Source: an uncultured Arenicella sp.
Lineage (GTDB): Bacteria > Pseudomonadota > Gammaproteobacteria > Arenicellales > Arenicellaceae
Assembly (NCBI GenBank): GCA_937918955.1
Contig: CAKZRZ010000014.1
Span: forward strand, 20,080-84,079
Length of the DNA stretch: 64,000 bases
Reading direction: 5' to 3'
In this document: positions 60,852-64,000 of the stretch, piece by piece
Numbering within the stretch: position 1 is the first letter of the stretch
Layout: every line of letters starts with the position of its first letter
The notes under the pieces: generated by a model
What the model was told of the DNA's origin: nothing
The model's input: only the letters and a program-made list of their open reading frames with translations
Databases searched by the model: none
Made by a program: the position numbers and the translations under genes

Positions 60852-62786
60852 TTACTTCCCGCGGCTAGCAATAAGGTCATCAACAACACCCGGGGCTGCC
60901 AAGGTCGAGGTATCGCCCAGATTAGAGAAATCATCTTCAGCAATCTTACGCAGAATTCGGCGCATAATTTTGCCAGAGCGTGTTTTCGGTAAGCCCGGTG
61001 CCCAATGAATTACATCCGGTGTTGCAACGGGCCCAATTTCGGTACGTACGTGTTTAACCAATTCGGCTTTCAGCTCATCGGTGTAATCGACGCCATTCAT
61101 CAAGGTGACGTAAGCATAAATGCCCTGCCCTTTAATATCGTGCGGATACCCCACCACGGCTGATTCAGCAACGGCTTTGTGCAGCACCAGCGCGCTTTCT
61201 ACCTCGGCAGTACCCATACGATGACCAGATACATTAATCACATCGTCTACGCGGCCAGTAATCCAATAGTAGCCGTCTTCATCGCGGCGGCATCCGTCAC
61301 CGGTGAAGTAGTAACCGGGGTACATCGAGAAATAAGCCTCGTGAAAGCGTTGAGGGTTGTTATAAACGCCTCGCATTTGGCCAGGCCATGATCGCGGTAT
61401 TGCTAAGTTACCCGAAGCAGCACCTTCAAGCACATTGCCTTCGTCATCCAAAAGCACAGGCTCTACACCAAAAAATGGCAAAGTCGCAGAACCGGGTTTA
61501 GCATCAATTGCTCCAGGCAAGGGCGCAATCATGATGCCGCCGGTTTCGGTTTGCCACCAGGTATCAACGATTGGGCAATTCTCTTTGCCAACCTTGTGAA
61601 AATACCATTCCCAAGCTTCCGGGTTAATTGGTTCTCCTACCGTGCCTAAAATGCGCAAACTGTTGCGCGACGTGGTTTCAATAAAGCCATCGCCAGCGCC
61701 CATCAAGGCTCGCAACGCGGTCGGTGCAGTATAAAAAATATTAACTTGGTGTTTGTCTACTACTTGCCAGAAACGACTCGCATCGGGGTACGTTGGCACG
61801 CCTTCGAATACCAGCGTAGTAGCGCCGTTCACCAAGGGCCCATATGTAAGATAGCTATGCCCGGTAATCCAACCGACATCCGCCGTACACCAATAGATTT
61901 CGCCCTCTTGATAATCGAATACGTATTTAAACGTCATCGCTGCAGTTAAGAGATAACCGCCTGTAGTATGCATCACGCCTTTGGGAGTGCCAGTTGAGCC
62001 TGATGTGTAAAGAATGAACATTGGGTCTTCGGCATCCATTACCTCGGGTTCACAGCTGATCGCTTGGCTATCCACAATATCGTGATACCAAACATCGCGG
62101 TCCTCTTGCCAGCCAGTTTTGTTACCAGTGACTTTACACACAAGAATGGTTTCGATCGACGGAGTTTGCTCACAGGCTTCGTCAACGTTCGCCTTTAAAG
62201 GAATAGGCTTAGCGCCTCGTAAACCTTCATCTGCGGTGATCACCATCTTACATTCAGAGTCGTTTATGCGTCCGCGCAAAGCCTCTGGAGAAAACCCACC
62301 AAACACTACCGAATGAATAGCGCCTATGCGCGTACAAGCTAACATCGCATACACTGCTTCTGGAATCATCGGCATGTATAAACAAACTCTATCGCCCTTT
62401 TCTACTCCTTTGGCACGCATAGCATTGGCCAACTTACACACTTCATCATGTAACTTCTGATAGCTGATATGCTCGCTTTGATCTGGACTATCGCCTTCCC
62501 AAATAATTGCGGTTTGATCAGCGCGATTGGCTAAATGACGATCAATACAATTATAAGAAACGTTCAGTTTGCCGCCTTCAAACCACTTGATATTGGCGGT
62601 ATTAAAATCGAAGTCAGAAACACGGCTGAACGGCTCGAACCAATCTAAGTTTTCAAGCGCTTGCTCCGCCCAAAAGCCATCAGAATCATTTAAGGAACGC
62701 GAGTACATTTCGCGGTATTGCTCTGCAGTTAAATGAGTACTGTCTTTAATTGATTCAAATACAGGATAAATTTTGGTGTCGGACAT
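60852..62786 (-). CDS. acs: acetyl-CoA synthetase
   Basis: [46 protein letters not shown]. Confidence 0.97.
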   Translation of the reverse strand: MSDTKIYPVFESIKDSTHLTAEQYREMYSRSLNDSDGFWAEQALENLDWFEPFSRVSDFDFNTANIKWFEGGKLNVSYNCIDRHLANRADQTAIIWEGDSPDQSEHISYQKLHDEVCKLANAMRAKGVEKGDRVCLYMPMIPEAVYAMLACTRIGAIHSVVFGGFSPEALRGRINDSECKMVITADEGLRGAKPIPLKANVDEACEQTPSIETILVCKVTGNKTGWQEDRDVWYHDIVDSQAISCEPEVMDAEDPMFILYTSGSTGTPKGVMHTTGGYLLTAAMTFKYVFDYQEGEIYWCTADVGWITGHSYLTYGPLVNGATTLVFEGVPTYPDASRFWQVVDKHQVNIFYTAPTALRALMGAGDGFIETTSRNSLRILGTVGEPINPEAWEWYFHKVGKENCPIVDTWWQTETGGIMIAPLPGAIDAKPGSATLPFFGVEPVLLDDEGNVLEGAASGNLAIPRSWPGQMRGVYNNPQRFHEAYFSMYPGYYFTGDGCRRDEDGYYWITGRVDDVINVSGHRMGTAEVESALVLHKAVAESAVVGYPHDIKGQGIYAYVTLMNGVDYTDELKAELVKHVRTEIGPVATPDVIHWAPGLPKTRSGKIMRRILRKIAEDDFSNLGDTSTLAAPGVVDDLIASRGK

Positions 62787-62813
62787 AAGTGGTTTGATTG
62801 AAAGTTAATTATC

Positions 62814-64000
62814 TTAATGATTTGGTGATCGCAGCTCGTCGATCATGTCATATATCTTTTGCGGAGGCTCGGCGGTAAATTTGCAGACAACCATTGCCAC
62901 TGTAAAATTCACGATTGCTCCAACCGCTCCAAATGCATTGGGCTCAATGCCGAAAAACCAATTTGCCGGTATGTTGCCAAGGAACTGGGTGCTCTCGATA
63001 AACATAATACCCTTGTGTTGAAACACATAGAACAGCGTAACGCCAATGCCAGCGAGCATGCCCGCGATCGCGCCTTGCGTATTCATTCTCTTATAAAATA
63101 TCCCCAACATCAGCGCGGGAAATATAGACGACGCCGCTAATCCAAACGCCAGTGCAACCGTGCCTGCCGCAAAATCAGGGGGATTAAAACCTAAATAGCC
63201 TGCTAATAAAACAGACCCAGCCATAGCTAATCGGCTAGCTAAAAGTTCAGATTTCTCAGAAATATTTGGCCTTACTACGCCTTTAAGCAGGTCGTGCGAA
63301 ACCGCCGATGAAATCGCTAACAACAGCCCCGCCGCCGTCGATAGCGCCGCTGCTAAACCACCGGCCGCCACCAAGGCGATGACCCAATTCGACAACTTTG
63401 CAATTTCAGGATTGGCCAGCACTAAAATATCGTTGTCGATATTCACCATCTCATTGGTTTCGGTGTTGGCGTTATACTGAATTCTGCCATCGCCGTTTTT
63501 ATCTTCAAATTCGAGTAACTTAGTCGACTCCCAATTTTTGAACCATTGTGGCCGCTCTTCGTATACCAAATTTTGACCGGGTGTCGGCTCGATAGTAGTC
63601 ATCAGGTTTAAGCGAGCCATGCCCGCTAGTGCTGGCGCAGTGGTATATAAAATTGCGATAAACACCAATGCCCAGCCCGCAGAAATCCGCGCATCTTTGA
63701 CGCTCGGCACGGTAAAAAAGCGAATGATCACATGTGGCAGCCCAGCCGTGCCAATCATCAATGACATTGTGTAAAACGCCATGTTCAAAGTGCTTAGCCT
63801 CGGCCCGGTAGTGTATTCGTCGAAGCCAAGATCTGTGAGTATCAAATCAAGCTTATCAAGCAAATACACATTTTCACCGACCAGTGTGCTGCCCAAGCCT
63901 AGCTGTGGCACAGGGTTGCCAGTAAGCTGAATAGAGATAAAAATTGCTGGAATGGTGTACGCCGTAATCAATACAACGTATTGTGCGATTTGGGTATAAG
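62814..64000 (-). CDS. sodium:solute symporter (ActP/VC_2705-like), 5'-truncated by window edge
   Basis: YTQIAQY, GTAGLPHVIIRFFTV, VLANPEIA, AGGLAAALSTAAGLLL; upstream of acs. Confidence 0.9.
   Translation of the reverse strand, partial: YTQIAQYVVLITAYTIPAIFISIQLTGNPVPQLGLGSTLVGENVYLLDKLDLILTDLGFDEYTTGPRLSTLNMAFYTMSLMIGTAGLPHVIIRFFTVPSVKDARISAGWALVFIAILYTTAPALAGMARLNLMTTIEPTPGQNLVYEERPQWFKNWESTKLLEFEDKNGDGRIQYNANTETNEMVNIDNDILVLANPEIAKLSNWVIALVAAGGLAAALSTAAGLLLAISSAVSHDLLKGVVRPNISEKSELLASRLAMAGSVLLAGYLGFNPPDFAAGTVALAFGLAASSIFPALMLGIFYKRMNTQGAIAGMLAGIGVTLFYVFQHKGIMFIESTQFLGNIPANWFFGIEPNAFGAVGAIVNFTVAMVVCKFTAEPPQKIYDMIDELRSPNH

Overview
Mostly core chromosome of a mid-GC Gammaproteobacterium, probably marine (inferred from a PdsRS-like pair, SstT and a VC_2705-type symporter; genus not determinable here). 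About 60 CDSs include conserved blocks: bamD/rluD-pgeF, hrcA/nadK-recN-bamE, comEC-exbBD-msbA-lpxK-trm112-kdsB-ptp-LDT-nagZ, prfB(+1 frameshift)-lysS-lolC-lolD, glnK-amtB, rnd, mpl, dsbA, ppnN and acs-actP, plus four OmpR-family two-component systems. I saw no rRNA, tRNA, CRISPR array, transposase, integrase or prophage. Best leads: (1) a hairpin-rich 600-nt intergenic region (47235-47840) that looks like a + strand sRNA, whose unpaired anti-SD segment is complementary to the comEC RBS; (2) a coupled CPBP (Rce1-like) protease + ICMT-like methyltransferase pair; (3) a Tae2/BPSL0067-like amidase with a lipoprotein signal and no immunity gene; (4) an orphan PdsRS-like pair with a repeated TGTCTAA motif; (5) a 21-nt tandem-repeat expansion inside pgeF. 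All family assignments come from motif recognition, not database searches.
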